Positions 12,272 through 25,400 of a stretch of 64,000 nt of DNA are shown here, piece after piece. The stretch spans positions 112,530,001-112,594,000 of the forward strand of contig OZ260661.1 in NCBI GenBank assembly GCA_965285935.1. The letters run 5' to 3'. Numbering within the stretch: position 1 is the stretch's first letter; each line of letters begins with the position of its first letter. The position numbers and the translations under genes were made by a program. This DNA comes from Ophelia neglecta (lineage: Eukaryota). The notes below the pieces were generated by a model that did not search any database, was not told the origin of the DNA, and saw only the letters and a program-made list of their open reading frames with translations.

Positions 12272-14714
12272 TGCTCAAAAGCATAGAAGTTCTGAAAATA
12301 TTCCTATTTAGGTCAAATGGCTGCCATCTTGTAAATGGCGGCCATCTTGAAAGTCTGACCTAGCCAACAAACTACATTGTAATCCGAAAATATGCCAATA
12401 ATAGAATATTTCCTGAAAAATAGGTTTAGTTAGAGAAATTATCAGATTTTTTAAAATCAAATTGGGGCAACCTTGAAATTGGATTTGGAAAATTAAATGT
12501 GTCTAACAATGGATTTGGAAAACATGCACCTTTAAGATAATTTATTGATATTTTTAAGTTGGTCCTTTTACCATAAAAATGACCGAAGTTGCAGACATTG
12601 TCTTATTTTTGCCAAGTGAAATGATAGCTTTCCTAAAAAAAGTGGCAAATAATCGAATTTGAAAATGTAAATATTAAAGAACATTTCCAAAAAAATGGGG
12701 CATGCTTGTATAACCATTTGATCTTTATGTTTTCTACTTCACGATCGTAGTACCTATTAAAACACGGACTAGAAATAATGTAAAAATGCAGCCTTCTTCA
12801 ATATTGAGTGGATTGTCGCATCGGCATGTTTTGTTTATACCATACTTTGTAAGGATTGCATTACGTTTATTGGTCCATGTATATATTGATCAACGTTGAT
12901 TTCATATATAGGCCTATGGCACTTTGCATGCAATCTGGTTTGGTGGTAGAAGCAGCAACTATTCTTTTGGAATACCACATGCACGCTAAAAAATAAAGAT
13001 GAATAGACACCTTCATTGAATTGTATATCGTAGTCGGAATTGTTATTGGAAGCCGTTTTCATTCAAATCATTTGTCCATGTCCATGTTTCGAGTCGACTG
13101 TGCTACTATCGGTTAAACCATAGATCAATGTTTTCGATCGAATATCAACTTTCATTTGTCACAGTATTGGGAATGATAACCAATGTGATTGCTTTTCACC
13201 TTCAGCCGACATTCTGTCGCGGAGACTACACCAATTATATCAAATCACAGTAATGGTTATTTACAAAGCTGTGAGCAGGCTGTTAGAACAGACACAAACC
13301 TGTTTGTTATTTACCAAGTATTCAGATTTAGGCGATGGGCATGGGAATGGCGGTTAGCCGGAGGACAGTGGTGCTTGGGGTCTTCCTCCATTTTTGGGCA
13401 ATGGTACTCCGCCAAATATTCAAGTAAGTATCACTATGGTATATACCAAGTTCTGAACATTCTGCGGACCTTTCGACTGGTTCCTTTAATTTCATTAGTA
13501 CAATGTTCATTTTTTCTCTCTAAAGTTTGCCCTTGTCAGATATGATCTAGTTGGCGAAGATTGAAAATTGGGCCTTAGCTGAAATAATAAATATTGAAGA
13601 AGTGGGTGATGTATTTTACTATGGGACCTTGTCTAAAAAAATTCAGTATTCCGTTTTGGGAACAAAACTGGGATAAAATGCATGAGATAAATTTAAGATG
13701 CATTAATTGCAGGCATAACACCACTCTGACGTTTGTCATGGATGACCAGGCATGCTGAATGTACATAGAAAGCGATAAGCAAATATCAATTAGCTAAAAG
13801 CCTACAGTTTTCATAACCATAGCTAATACAAGTAGAGCGCCATTGTCAACTCCGCATCTAAATGACACCATTCAATTGACACAACAGCAGATACGTACTT
13901 CTCGTCCACACTATGCGCCACGAGTCATCTAGAATCCGCTAAGGCACACAAGCCGGATGTGTGGTAGGACGAAAAGCTTTTGTATTCTTAGTATCTCTCC
14001 TCTTATAATACAGCAACTCTTAAATATGTAGTAACTCCAGAGCACAATATTAGGCCCAGACACATTGATGTTAACAGTGGGCAGGCGAACAACATTCATA
14101 ATACTCTTTCTGGGACAGGTGTGATTTTCAACAAACAGCGTTCAGGTAGACATATCATGGTATAACTGGTACTTTTTCAGCTGTACGAATTCACCTGGTG
14201 TTCGTGTTTGGCATAATATGATGTTGGGAAGATGGCTTGATATCTAACCTTAGTATAATATAAACCAAAAGACACATTTATCATAAATGCATCAGTTTGT
14301 GGAATACACATCAGAAAAAGGAATGCAAGCTCAGAGAATTTGGATTTGTCATTCTGTAACAGCAGGTCTAGTTTCTCGCTCAGTACAATGTTGGACAGTG
14401 TTCGACTAAAACAGTGGCCGAAAAATCCATGTCATCACAATATTTAATTGTATGCTATCGAACTATTATCGATATGTTTCCCCTGGCTGTTGAGGGAATG
14501 TGGGCAAGACGACTCAAGAATATGCCCTTTGTGAACCTCTCAAATTTTCTATGCGTGATACAATTAACATGACAAAAACTTGAGTGCATGTCTGCAATTT
14601 TTCGTACATTATATTGAAGTTGAATAAAAGATTATCTGAAAATAGACATTCCCTTTAAATGGTGATCAACCTGAAAAAAGGTCTATTAAAGCCTTGGCTA
14701 GAGGGGTGACCTCT

Positions 14715-14800
14715 TTCTCAAACTTGGTAGAGCAGTTGTTTGGAGAACCAGAGGTAGTGAGTTCAAAGCCCGCTGAGACCACGGTTGTTACACACATGAC
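14715..14800 (+). mobile_element. Degenerate tRNA-like head (SINE remnant or tRNA pseudogene)
   Basis: CTCAAACTTGGTAGAGCAG..GAGTTCAAAGCCC resembles Pol III A and B boxes. No intact cloverleaf is evident. Confidence 0.4.
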
Positions 14801-17165
14801 TTCCCCTCTCACATATGCATCTTGCCTCATCTTCGCCTTATACGGTTCAAACTTTAGTTGCAGCATTTCAAAATGTGTTAACCATACAGTTTATCGAACC
14901 CTTTCGGACCCAATGAATGGCTAATTTGAATGGCGATGTCGTGTGTTTGATCATTGAAGGACAACAGTGAAAAATGAACCATTTTGCTCAATAATGTTTA
15001 TCTTACTCGATTCGCTAGTCATACACGTTTGCGATTCAATCGATAGTCTGGCAAACTTCGCATGTTTAGAATAGTCTGCGGCCGCGAATGCACAATAAAA
15101 TTAGCCGCATTAACCGATACAACATTCATACTTATTGGTAAGAGCTCTAAATCAAGTCTTGTTACACATTGCGTGCAGGCCGCTGAGGGACGAAGAAGGG
15201 ACACCCAACCAGATATGATGTTCTGAATTGGCAGGGATGTCATTTCGCGGCTCCCTAAATTCGAATCAAGAGAATAATTCTCTCCACTCTGTTATAATGA
15301 GTTTGATATTTAACTGCAGCCTTTTTATTATTAATTATCTACAAATGATGGCAGAAAACGGCAGTGATTCTCAGTGTGAAACTACGATATAAAAAGGTAG
15401 GCCCAGTTCCATGGCACTTTAACATGTCAGAGGAAAAAAATAGGTCCATAGTTTTAGTAAATTATTGGTAATGTTACAGGAGAACAATTGACAAACCTAA
15501 TGCATGATTTAACTGGCAGCACCGAGTAAAATAACAGTCTGGTTTCACCAACACAAATCAATAAGATGACATCAATAGGACAAATACGATGGCGACATTG
15601 ATGTTAAAATGATGATACGATCGATTGACGCTCATAATTTATGATGCCTGCAAGCGAATATGTTTCAGGTCGTAACTTATTTTATACCGCGCAGATTTTT
15701 GCAGCCTGGCTGGATGAATAAAGGCACAATCTTGGGGGCCCGGAATATATAAAAGCAAAGGCGAAAACACTAATATCATGTCAGATTACATGAGTGGAAA
15801 ATATCATATTGGTAACCATATTGAGAGCGATATGCGAGTATATAAAGGCGAGTAGCGAGTTACAAAAGCATTTTGGAATAAGCCACTCGTTGTTACTGGA
15901 ATCATTGTGGTAATTAGCTTAAAAACTGAAGCAGACTACTTGGTTAACCAGTATTTTAAACTGCAACTATGAAAGAACAATGTGTATTGAGAACTGTCTT
16001 TAATCAAAATGAATCGTATGTTGTCAGGGCCTTGAAGCCAGTTTGACTAGACCTAGTATCATAGTGTTTCGCGATAAAATGGCCGTCCGGGCAATACGAA
16101 TTAGCGATATTGTAGTGGAACTACGTTTACATTGGCTTGTTCATGGCGTCACATACTGGTTTGAATTTTTGGCAGAAATGATTATAATACGCGTTGTGAT
16201 AAAATGAAAAATTGAGCTGATGAAAAGTAATATGGATAGGTGTACGCCTATTAAAGCTGTCTGTTGTTGAGCGCGGCTAGTGAACAGCGCAGGCGAATGA
16301 CAGTATTTAGACACGGAGTCACTACTACCACACACACCTGAGACGAGTTGTCATGGAATATGTATAGTGTACATGTGAACAAAAGCAGCTGAATGAAAAG
16401 ACAAATGCCACATTTGGTACGTTCAACGATCTGATTATTTCTAAGAAGCAGACTCGGTTATTTTTATGGCTGGGTTTAGTATGGTTCAGATTACATATAT
16501 GGGTTTCTTTCAAAACCATAACAAAATCATCCAAGATTATTTTTTCATAACATTCCATACAATGTCATATTGATACTTTATCAGTCGTCTGATATTTGGC
16601 ATATGTGCTCAAATAAAATGCTATTATGCACCAATATGCTATTATAAACGCATATCTGCATTGCTCAAAAAGAAGCACATTGCTGGTTATACCTACTTTA
16701 ACTTAGGCCATGGCCCGCGTACCCCTACTAATATATTCTAATTATTTTCTTAGAAAACGGAACATAGCATCTGCTCTTCTCTTAAGGAGCGAGAAAACCA
16801 GAAATAAAATACAAATGGACGAAAAAAGAGGTCTATGACCAGTAAGTAGCTGATCGTTTATTTGATAAAGGTCTCTCTTTAATCAACAATTTTGTTTATT
16901 TTGGCAGTTTTCCATACTGATCAATTTGAACGGTAATTGCGGTTTAAATTTCTTGGTTTGTGACGTGTTATTTATATAGCACATTTGCCAAAGTTCTTTT
17001 TAAGACATTAATTAACCGTAAGTTTCAGTATTTGTGCTACTAGTTAGGTTGAAGATGATGATTACAATTGTTGTCTCGCTTGGCTCAGGAGGACAGAGAG
17101 ATTTTTCGTGTAATCAAGTGGCCTCTTTACTGACGTGGTCTCACAGGATCAACATAGCTAAGTCA

Positions 17166-20100
17166 ATGGAACAGAGAATTAGCATTGAGTATTATTGCTC
17201 AACACTGATGTTAATGGCAGTTATTAATGGGCTTCCTCTTGAAATCCGTATGTACCGTGTATTTTGTGATTCCTATATAAATCATGGACTGGCTATTAAT
17301 TCACCCTCGCGTTTCTCGTTAATATAGCATGGGTATATTTCATACTTTGGGTTACATATATATTTATCTTTTCTTGGTGCTGTCATATGCATACCGCAAG
17401 CATTTTTGATAATATTTGCATGTAACATTAATATTTTCTTGGGCACACTGACCAGCTACAATCATTTTCTTACTAGGTGTTTTTCAACCAGCACCCGAGG
17501 TAGTGATTTCGAAAGACAACATTTTGAGACTGAGCAGCACGTGGAACAGTGGCCTGGAACCGGATGTCATCATTCACTTCTATGAGCTCAAAGACGATAT
17601 CGATTTACCTCGTATCGGTAAACACTTACATGTATATCTCCATATGATCCAACCCCTAATCAAGTCCACACCTGACTAATTCTAACTTAATGCGAAGAAT
17701 TAACGGTCAACGAGGACGCCAATGCAGTTTTTCCCCAATAATTTTTTAAAAATTTTAAAGCAATGTTACCTTTTGAGAAATTGCCTTTTCAAAATTATTC
17801 TATTTTATAGATTCTACTTCGCTTCAGACCAGACTTCTGACAAAGCATTCTAGTACCGTACTACCGCACCAATAAGCACATGAAATGCAAAATTAATGTT
17901 GTTGAAGTTAATGTAATATTGGCTATTTTGCTTGATATAGCTACTAGTGTGCATTAGAGAATGCTATGGCAGAGCCTTGTATAGTCTGGGGTCAATGTAA
18001 GAATCTGTGCGCTGAACAATTTAACAACATTAGAGGTGTAATTTTCGAATTGTAAGCTTTATAATTCTTATCTATTTAGACAAATAGTTTTCCTGCAAGT
18101 AAACGGAATAAACATTATTCACTGTGAACCACACACCACTAGGACATTCTTGGTATTTACGGTTTTGCTGAAATGACCCTTTCATCAAATCACACGATGG
18201 AATATTTGAAAAAAAAAGCATTTATGAACGAAAAGTGTTTTAATAAATGAGTCTTTTTCAGTTTGGATTAACACTTGTTTTTATTTGCTCCATCAGATCT
18301 TTCAAATTACGGAAACACCACCGTGGCCTACATATCGACTGAAATGTGCTGGGTTACGCTACCAGAGATATTTCATCAAATATCCGAGCCAATAGTGGAG
18401 ATAAACAAGGACCCACTGTGTGAATCAGCGGTATTACCAGATAACATTTTGAACTACCCAACAGTATTACCATTTGAAACCATATTTGCTTGGATTATGG
18501 CTGAAAACAGCTGGGAGTCAGCCCAGGTTTTTTACGATGGCAATTACGGTACAAAATATTTATGAATATGTTTTCATTTACTAATCAAGATGTGCTACAT
18601 AAATTATGTGCATCACCAAAGAATTTTGTCAGAAATGAGAGCTGGTGCTATCAGTACATTGAAACTCGTTCCCGTTTTTGTGAATTCATCATTACATAGC
18701 ACCGTATGCCCGCACTAGGCCGGCTTGTTCCATTACTGTTATTGCTGGTTGCTAGTGATGTCATTGATAAATGACCTGTTCAATATCATTAAGATATTCC
18801 ATAATTTATTTAAAGACCTTTAATGTGAAAACACAACAAATAATACTTCATTGATATCAATGTTAACGAAATATGCTTTCTAGTATCCAATTTGTAGCAA
18901 TAATAGGTAAATGTACCAACCTGGAGTGGTTTTCAGTTGAGATCATTGTTGTTCTCAGAGCCTTATCGATTTGTTGTAGGTTACTACCTGACACGAGTGT
19001 TGCAGTATTTTGATGACAGGATGATACCGTTTACCTTATTTCGAGTAGACTCTGGATCTGATATATTGTACATCAAACAATTGCTTTCAAAAAGTCAGCA
19101 CTCGAATATCAGTGATACAAATAATATAATACTATGTCACGCCACTGAGACACTAACGATACTAAAACAGGTAATAATGAAATAACTGTCCAAATTAATT
19201 TTATTTCATTTATATGTAATTCCGAACGGATACTCTAAAGCGCAAAATATCTCTATAAATTTACAATACTATAATATGATATCAACTTTTTAAATTGAGC
19301 TATTTTTTATATTATGTACATCGGTACATTTTTATGATTTTATATATATCGGTAATCACTTAAATGTACTATTGAACCATACCATATTTAATGCATATAA
19401 ATTTATTTGACTTATGCCGCAGTAGGCAAATAGACACGATTAAAAATTATATTAACAGTTTAAATTATTGAAGCATACAAAATTATTAATACCCTCAGGC
19501 AGACGAACTAGATGATTGGCAGACGAGACTGGAAGGTGACATCGTTCACAAGACTCGATGGTTGGCGCTCTGTCTCGAGAGTCAATGTTTACCTCAGCTC
19601 TTGTCAGCTACACTCTCCATGGAATACCTGGCTGTACTTAACATTGATTACAATATTAACTACCCTATTGATCAGAGATTGAAGGTGAACCGATGAGGCA
19701 GCTAATTTGATTAAAGATGATTTATACATTGCCCGTCGAAAGTGCCTCTCGTGCGTTCTATATATGAGGAAACCCTTAGATTTTTAATATCACCGTGTTA
19801 GTTATAAAATTAGGTAAACAATTAAAGGGGCATTCGAATTGATTGGCATTCCAGCTACCCATATCTCCCTCCAAAAAATTGCGGGTAAGAGAGGAAGCGG
19901 TAGATAGTGGGGTTTGAATCGGGTAGTACAACAGCCAAAATAATACTGTTATGCCTTATTTTTATGACACACAAATGTAGACAGGCCCAAGTAGACCATT
20001 AATTGGGGCCTTGATATGTTCGTTTGTTTTTTGCGGCATTGAAAATGACTTCTAAGGTTTTGGCTTCCCACTATCGTATATGCTACCACTCCATACAGCA

Positions 20101-23100
20101 TACAATTGTGTATCAATGTTTATTTGTATAGGGTACGAATGCCTAGTCGGTCAGCGTGTGAGCTTCCGCGATTCTGCAACCGTTCAATTGTTGCCATCAA
20201 GCAATATAAAATATTTTTGCAAAGCAAGGTTCGGGGGGAGGGGGGGGGGGGCATTTGTAATGGCCAAAAGTATATTTTAAGCATGTATAGATAAATATTT
20301 TTGTCGAAGTTAGTGAGTGTCTCCTTAGGTTTTAATCTAAACCGACTTAACAGCTAATTGTATGTGAAATTGTCTTTCCAGGATGTTATAAACGCGGTAG
20401 TTCAAGCCGGTCGTATATCCACAACGAGCAATCAGTACTCCGAGAGAGACAGCCTGGCGCCAAACGACACCTCCTTCTCTAAGGTCACCATGGTGGATGC
20501 CATACGGGTAGGTTTGTCTGAATCTACCAGTCCAGGCATAAATACAATACATTATCCTTTTTACCCATGCTTGACAATCTAAAACAAGCCAACATGTCAA
20601 ATATACTCACCCCGCCTCCTACATCAGTTAACTAAAGCCCACCTTACACTAAAATATTGTCTTTATTTTAGCAAATCTTTGCATTCTGGCCAAAGTATTC
20701 ACACCCAGTCCAGGCTCAGCTCTTTAACAAAATGTCTAGTAGAAATATAGCCGTGGAGAAAATTTATGTATGGCCTATTATAGGGCCTAACCATTTTCGA
20801 TTTTGTCTTGTTATTTGCTGTTTGTACACTTAATTGCTATAAAAAAAAAATTATAGCAAAATATATTTAGATTAAACTAAACATACTAATTTCATTGTTT
20901 GTTAAAAGACTGAATTTCCTTTATTTCATTTGGCTTTTTTAATGTTTTATTGATAATTCATTTATTTAAGCACAAACTTGAGGAAGGCAGGTACAGTCGG
21001 ACGTGCATCCCATACAAGTTGGCGACGATGACTTCCGTAGCTAATCGAATTTCCCTTGTACCAAATCGTCTGTGTGCGCATGACGGAAGGACATTACAGG
21101 AAGTCCCCCTTTATCCGATGGAAGTGTATGGGTTCAGTGGAAGACACTTTCGCATATACACAATTGTGGTATCTATTCATTTCATCTGGTTTGTATAACA
21201 CACACCTGCTTCTGAAATTAGCCAAATATAATTATAGCCCATTTACAAAGCACGTAGATGAACAAATTCCTATTGAAGCCTCTTTGTTTTGATTTCACCA
21301 GTCTAGGCCTTTTGTAATGAGGAGGCAGATCAATGATGGGTATAAATTCTACGGTATGTGTATTGATATGTTGCGGGAATTAGCCAGCATGCTCAACTTT
21401 ACATACACCCTGAAGCCGGTACCAGACGGCCAATATGGCGGAAAAACTGCGTCAGGAAATTGGACAGGACTAGTCGGCCTAATCCAAAGAGGTGTACGTT
21501 TTATTGCCATCGAATTCAATGTGGTTGATAATGAGCGATGAAAGCAGAGTTCATTGATTTTTGTTGTTGATATTTGTTAAACTGTTAGTTCACTTTCATA
21601 CATTACCAGGAGGCTGATTTAGTCGTAGCCTCCCTAACAGCGTCGTCCTCGAGAAAAGAAGTTATGGATTTTGTATACTACTATTACGAATACGGAGGGG
21701 TGCTGCTTAAGGCAAGTCATTTACTCTTGTTTGTGATTTTGAAAGCAATACGCGCGGGAAAGACTTTGTTGTACTCCTAAATGTACGCACGAATTCGACC
21801 AGCCTCGACAATCAAAAACACTATATGCCATATAGGCCTATTTCACTTACGTTTGTGGGCTACGAGAGCTATGCCAGGTTTTCTGACCCCTAATCATTAT
21901 CATATTCTTTCATAAGACACCAGACGAAAATGAAGATAAATGGCAGGTTATCCTAAAGCCATTTCGGATGGCCGTCTGGCTGTGCCTGCTCGCCAGCGTA
22001 CCCATTGCCGGTGCGGTGGCGGCCACACTTAGTAAAGCCTTCTACAGAGCAGTCCCTGGGAAAAAGGACAAATTTGTACAACCTTCCTACTCCATATGGT
22101 ATACATTTGGTGCTCTAATTACACAAGGTTGGTACTTTCATGTATTTTTCTGGATAAGCCTATACTAAATGGGTAGGTGTACTTTTTGGGACAGCGTTAC
22201 TATCCCGACGTCAATAATTTCTGTCTGGCATGCACACAACTGCATATTCTTTTCCTAGTTATCTCTACGCATTAATATCAAGATATATACCACTTCGTGT
22301 ATTATATTTATATATTACACAAGACCAGAAAACGTTTAGGGGGTAGAGACGTTTAGGGGGTAAGACGGGTAAGAATATGCATTATTTCCCAAATCAATGC
22401 CAAAGTATGAACATTAAAAAGTTCAATAATAAGCGCGGAAACAGCATTGCCGAATAATTATGTTTCTTCGGCTTTTTTCCCTCAGATTCAAATTGTGATA
22501 GAATGTCAGTTTACCAGGCGTCAAATTTCATATTGATTTCAATGCTCCTTTTTTGCTATATTTATTATCAAGCTGATCTAAACTTATAACTCTCCCTTGT
22601 TAGTATTTATTCCCTGTGCTATGGCACCAAAATTGATGTATTTTGTTTCTATGGTTATTTCTAGGAGGTTCATATCTGCCCAAGTCCAGTTCCAGCCGAT
22701 ATTTCATATGTTCTTGGTGGGCATTCTCCATCGTAGTGGTGGCCACATACGGGGGTAGCTTAATAGCCTACTTAACAATTACAAAGTCTGACACCCCTTT
22801 CAACACCCTGGAGGAACTTGTCAGCCAGAACAGATATACGTGGGGAACCAAAATGGGCTCTGTGTACTTCTCCGAATTCCAAGTAAGTAATTCTTTTCGC
22901 ACTATAAACAGATTTCCCAACAGTCATGCTCAATATCATATATTAATTCTAGTACATCACATAAAACAATGTCTTGTATCCAATGGGTATAAGTTTTTAT
23001 TAAAACTGACATGACCGATATATTTTTGTTTAAGACAGCGAAGACTGGTATCAAAGCTCGTTTGTACAAAGGGATTCAGAAAGCAGCTGAGGTGGACCCT

Positions 23101-23803
23101 GCCGTTCAGGACACAAGGACCAGGGTTCACTTAGAGAAGGTAATGCAGGGAAACTATGCATTCATTACCGACAGAACTCCCCTCACGGTAGAAGCCATTT
23201 CCGACAAAGCATGCAGTTTGGTGTTGATGAAAGAAATTTTCATGCCCATGCCTTTCGGTATAGGAATACCAGAAGGTTCGCCTTTGCGAAGGAAATTAGA
23301 ATTTGCGTAAGTCTAAAATGCCCATTAAAAAAATAAATCATTGATGCCTGAAAATCAGTCAGCAATGTTTTCCAATTTTTGTTTAGTGTTCCATCCTGAA
23401 TAACAGCATCAAATTTGCATTTAGCATGTGTACTAAATACTACTTACTGTAAATTGACAGAGTCAAGAAGTTGAGACAAGCCGGTCTAATACAATACTGG
23501 GAACAGAAATGGTGGCCCAAGACGGAATGCAGTGGAATCCCCATTGCCGAGGCCCAGGCTATCACCTTGATGGACACACAGAGTGCCTTCTATCTCCTTC
23601 TCTTAGGAATCTTCTCGGCTTCTGTCACCTTGACTATAGAGCATTGCAAGGAGGCAGCAACAAGGAAAAGGAAATGTATAAAAAGAACAGAAACAAATTG
23701 CACAACTATTACGACACTAGATAGCTTTTCGGAGGAAGGTGCTATTGAATCAATGTATGAGTACCATATTAGTTCTCCTGGAATTCAAGATACTGTATGC
23801 TAG
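17166..23803 (+). CDS. Divergent ionotropic glutamate receptor-family / Ionotropic Receptor (IR)-like channel, about 869 aa
   Basis: Exons 17166-17247 (tentative first), 17477-17617, 18297-18548, 18980-19170, 19499-19684, 20382-20507, 20672-20767, 20971-21168, 21302-21493, 21610-21711, 21917-22127, 22665-22882, 23035-23306, 23461-23803; all phases are compatible. S1 GMCIDMLRELA..YG..NWTGLVG..EADL..R..VMDF; M1; pore SIWYTFGALITQG; M3 WWAFSIVVVATYGGSLIAYLT; S2 YAFITD; M4 SAFYLLLLG. The N-terminal exons are less certain. Confidence 0.88.
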
Positions 23804-24035
23804 CCAAAAGTTACCAAGCTAGTATAGAAACAAGAGATACAGTGTATTAATATCAATTATGATGTATTTAATCGCCTGATTAAGGCACAAGAAAAACCCA
23901 TAAAAGAGAAATTTTAAATCTTTGTTTTGTGGTTGGTATTTAAATAATTAAGTGAATACTTTTAGTGAATACAACAGATTATTATCATTATAATCCATAT
24001 GCTAATTATAGTATAAAATTTAGTTTATTTGGCGA

Positions 24036-24041
24036 AATAAA
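24036..24041 (+). other. Probable polyadenylation signal of the IR-like gene
   Basis: AATAAA about 230 nt after the stop codon. Confidence 0.4.
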
Positions 24042-25400
24042 CTGTTAATAAATTTGCTCAAATCCAGCGATTTGAAACTGTCAGATGTAAAACTTCAACA
24101 CATGCTACAACACATACACCGACATTAGCGCCAAGTGGTGGAATGTTAATGATATTTATTGCATATTCCGAATCTAGTTTAATCATAATAGCAAACCCCG
24201 ACCAACACACAGAACATATTAAGAAAAAAGAAAGTGAACGGTGCTGAACAATCATTAAAACGTCAATAATAACTGTCTCACAAGAGCGGCCTGATTTCGT
24301 ATTTTACGAAAGTTTGCCCAGTCCATTTTAATTTTAGTTTTCTTAGCACGATTGTAGCTTTTCGGTTTTTGTTCATGATTATCCTGATGTTGCCAACAAC
24401 AAATGGAAGGTTAAATATGGTACTACATGTACTTATTTTTGATTAATTGTTTTTGTATAGAATTGAGAAGTCAGGTTGGTCTAAAATTCGAACCTGTTCA
24501 CATCGGCTGATGTCTTCTTTCATAACCTAAAATTCTGCACTCCTGTATTTATATATGAATATTTGTTAGTTTTTTTTAGCTGTTAAGAACAAACATCCAC
24601 CCAACCACAATTCCATGACCCTTCCTCCCAACCAACAACTCCTCCTACCCACTAGCTACTCGAGACGTTCTCAGTAAGTTGTCAGTATCAAAGTTAATAA
24701 GCCTCCACCATTTAGCGCTTGACGCATTGCCTACCATTAAGCGAGATAGGTGCAGACACTACATGAATATTCCAGAAGGAGGGGGGGGGGGGGGTATATG
24801 TATTCAGTCTGCGAACAATTTTTTACAGTTTGCAGAAAATTCGCGCCAGACTCAAGTTTAAATGTTTAAGAAAAAGTAGCCCTCTGTTATTGGGAGCAAT
24901 ATGCCAAACAGCCAGAGAGATTAATGGATAGGAAGTAACTTAGAACTATAAAAAATCGTGTTCTGCAAAGGCACGACAAATAATAAATGAAGGTCGTTTT
25001 ACTAGATGTGCATAACAAAAATACCCCAGTGTTAAGACATTATAATTATGTTAACGTCAAAGTGAGATCAACTAACATTGGTTAAAATTCAGGTTTCAAG
25101 GGTATTGACTTTGAACACAAATTCACCGTTTATCAGTCTGTAACGCTATTCTTTATTTGCACTAAAATAAACAAATTAACAAAAATGAAAATATGCAATT
25201 AACAAACTTATATAAATAACACCTTTAAGCTATATCGATGTGAAAAAGTTTGCTTCGATCAAAGACATGCTTAAATAATGTTTCGTTTCATCAATTTTCT
25301 TTAATGTAAAAGGCACGAGTCAGCTTAATAAGTTTTGACAGGCTGGTCAACGTGTCATGTTATACGATTGTTTTCAATGCTCAATTGAGACTATTTTCTT

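Noticed and set aside
17329-17395. Alternative signal-peptide exon MGIFHTLGYIYIYLFLVLSYAY for the IR gene
   Set aside because: It needs a weak GC donor (ACC|GCAAGC). Exon 17166-17247 offers a canonical phase-1 GTATGT donor.
22335-22372. TTTAGGGGG tandem resembling telomeric repeat
   Set aside because: Only two imperfect copies; a simple local duplication.
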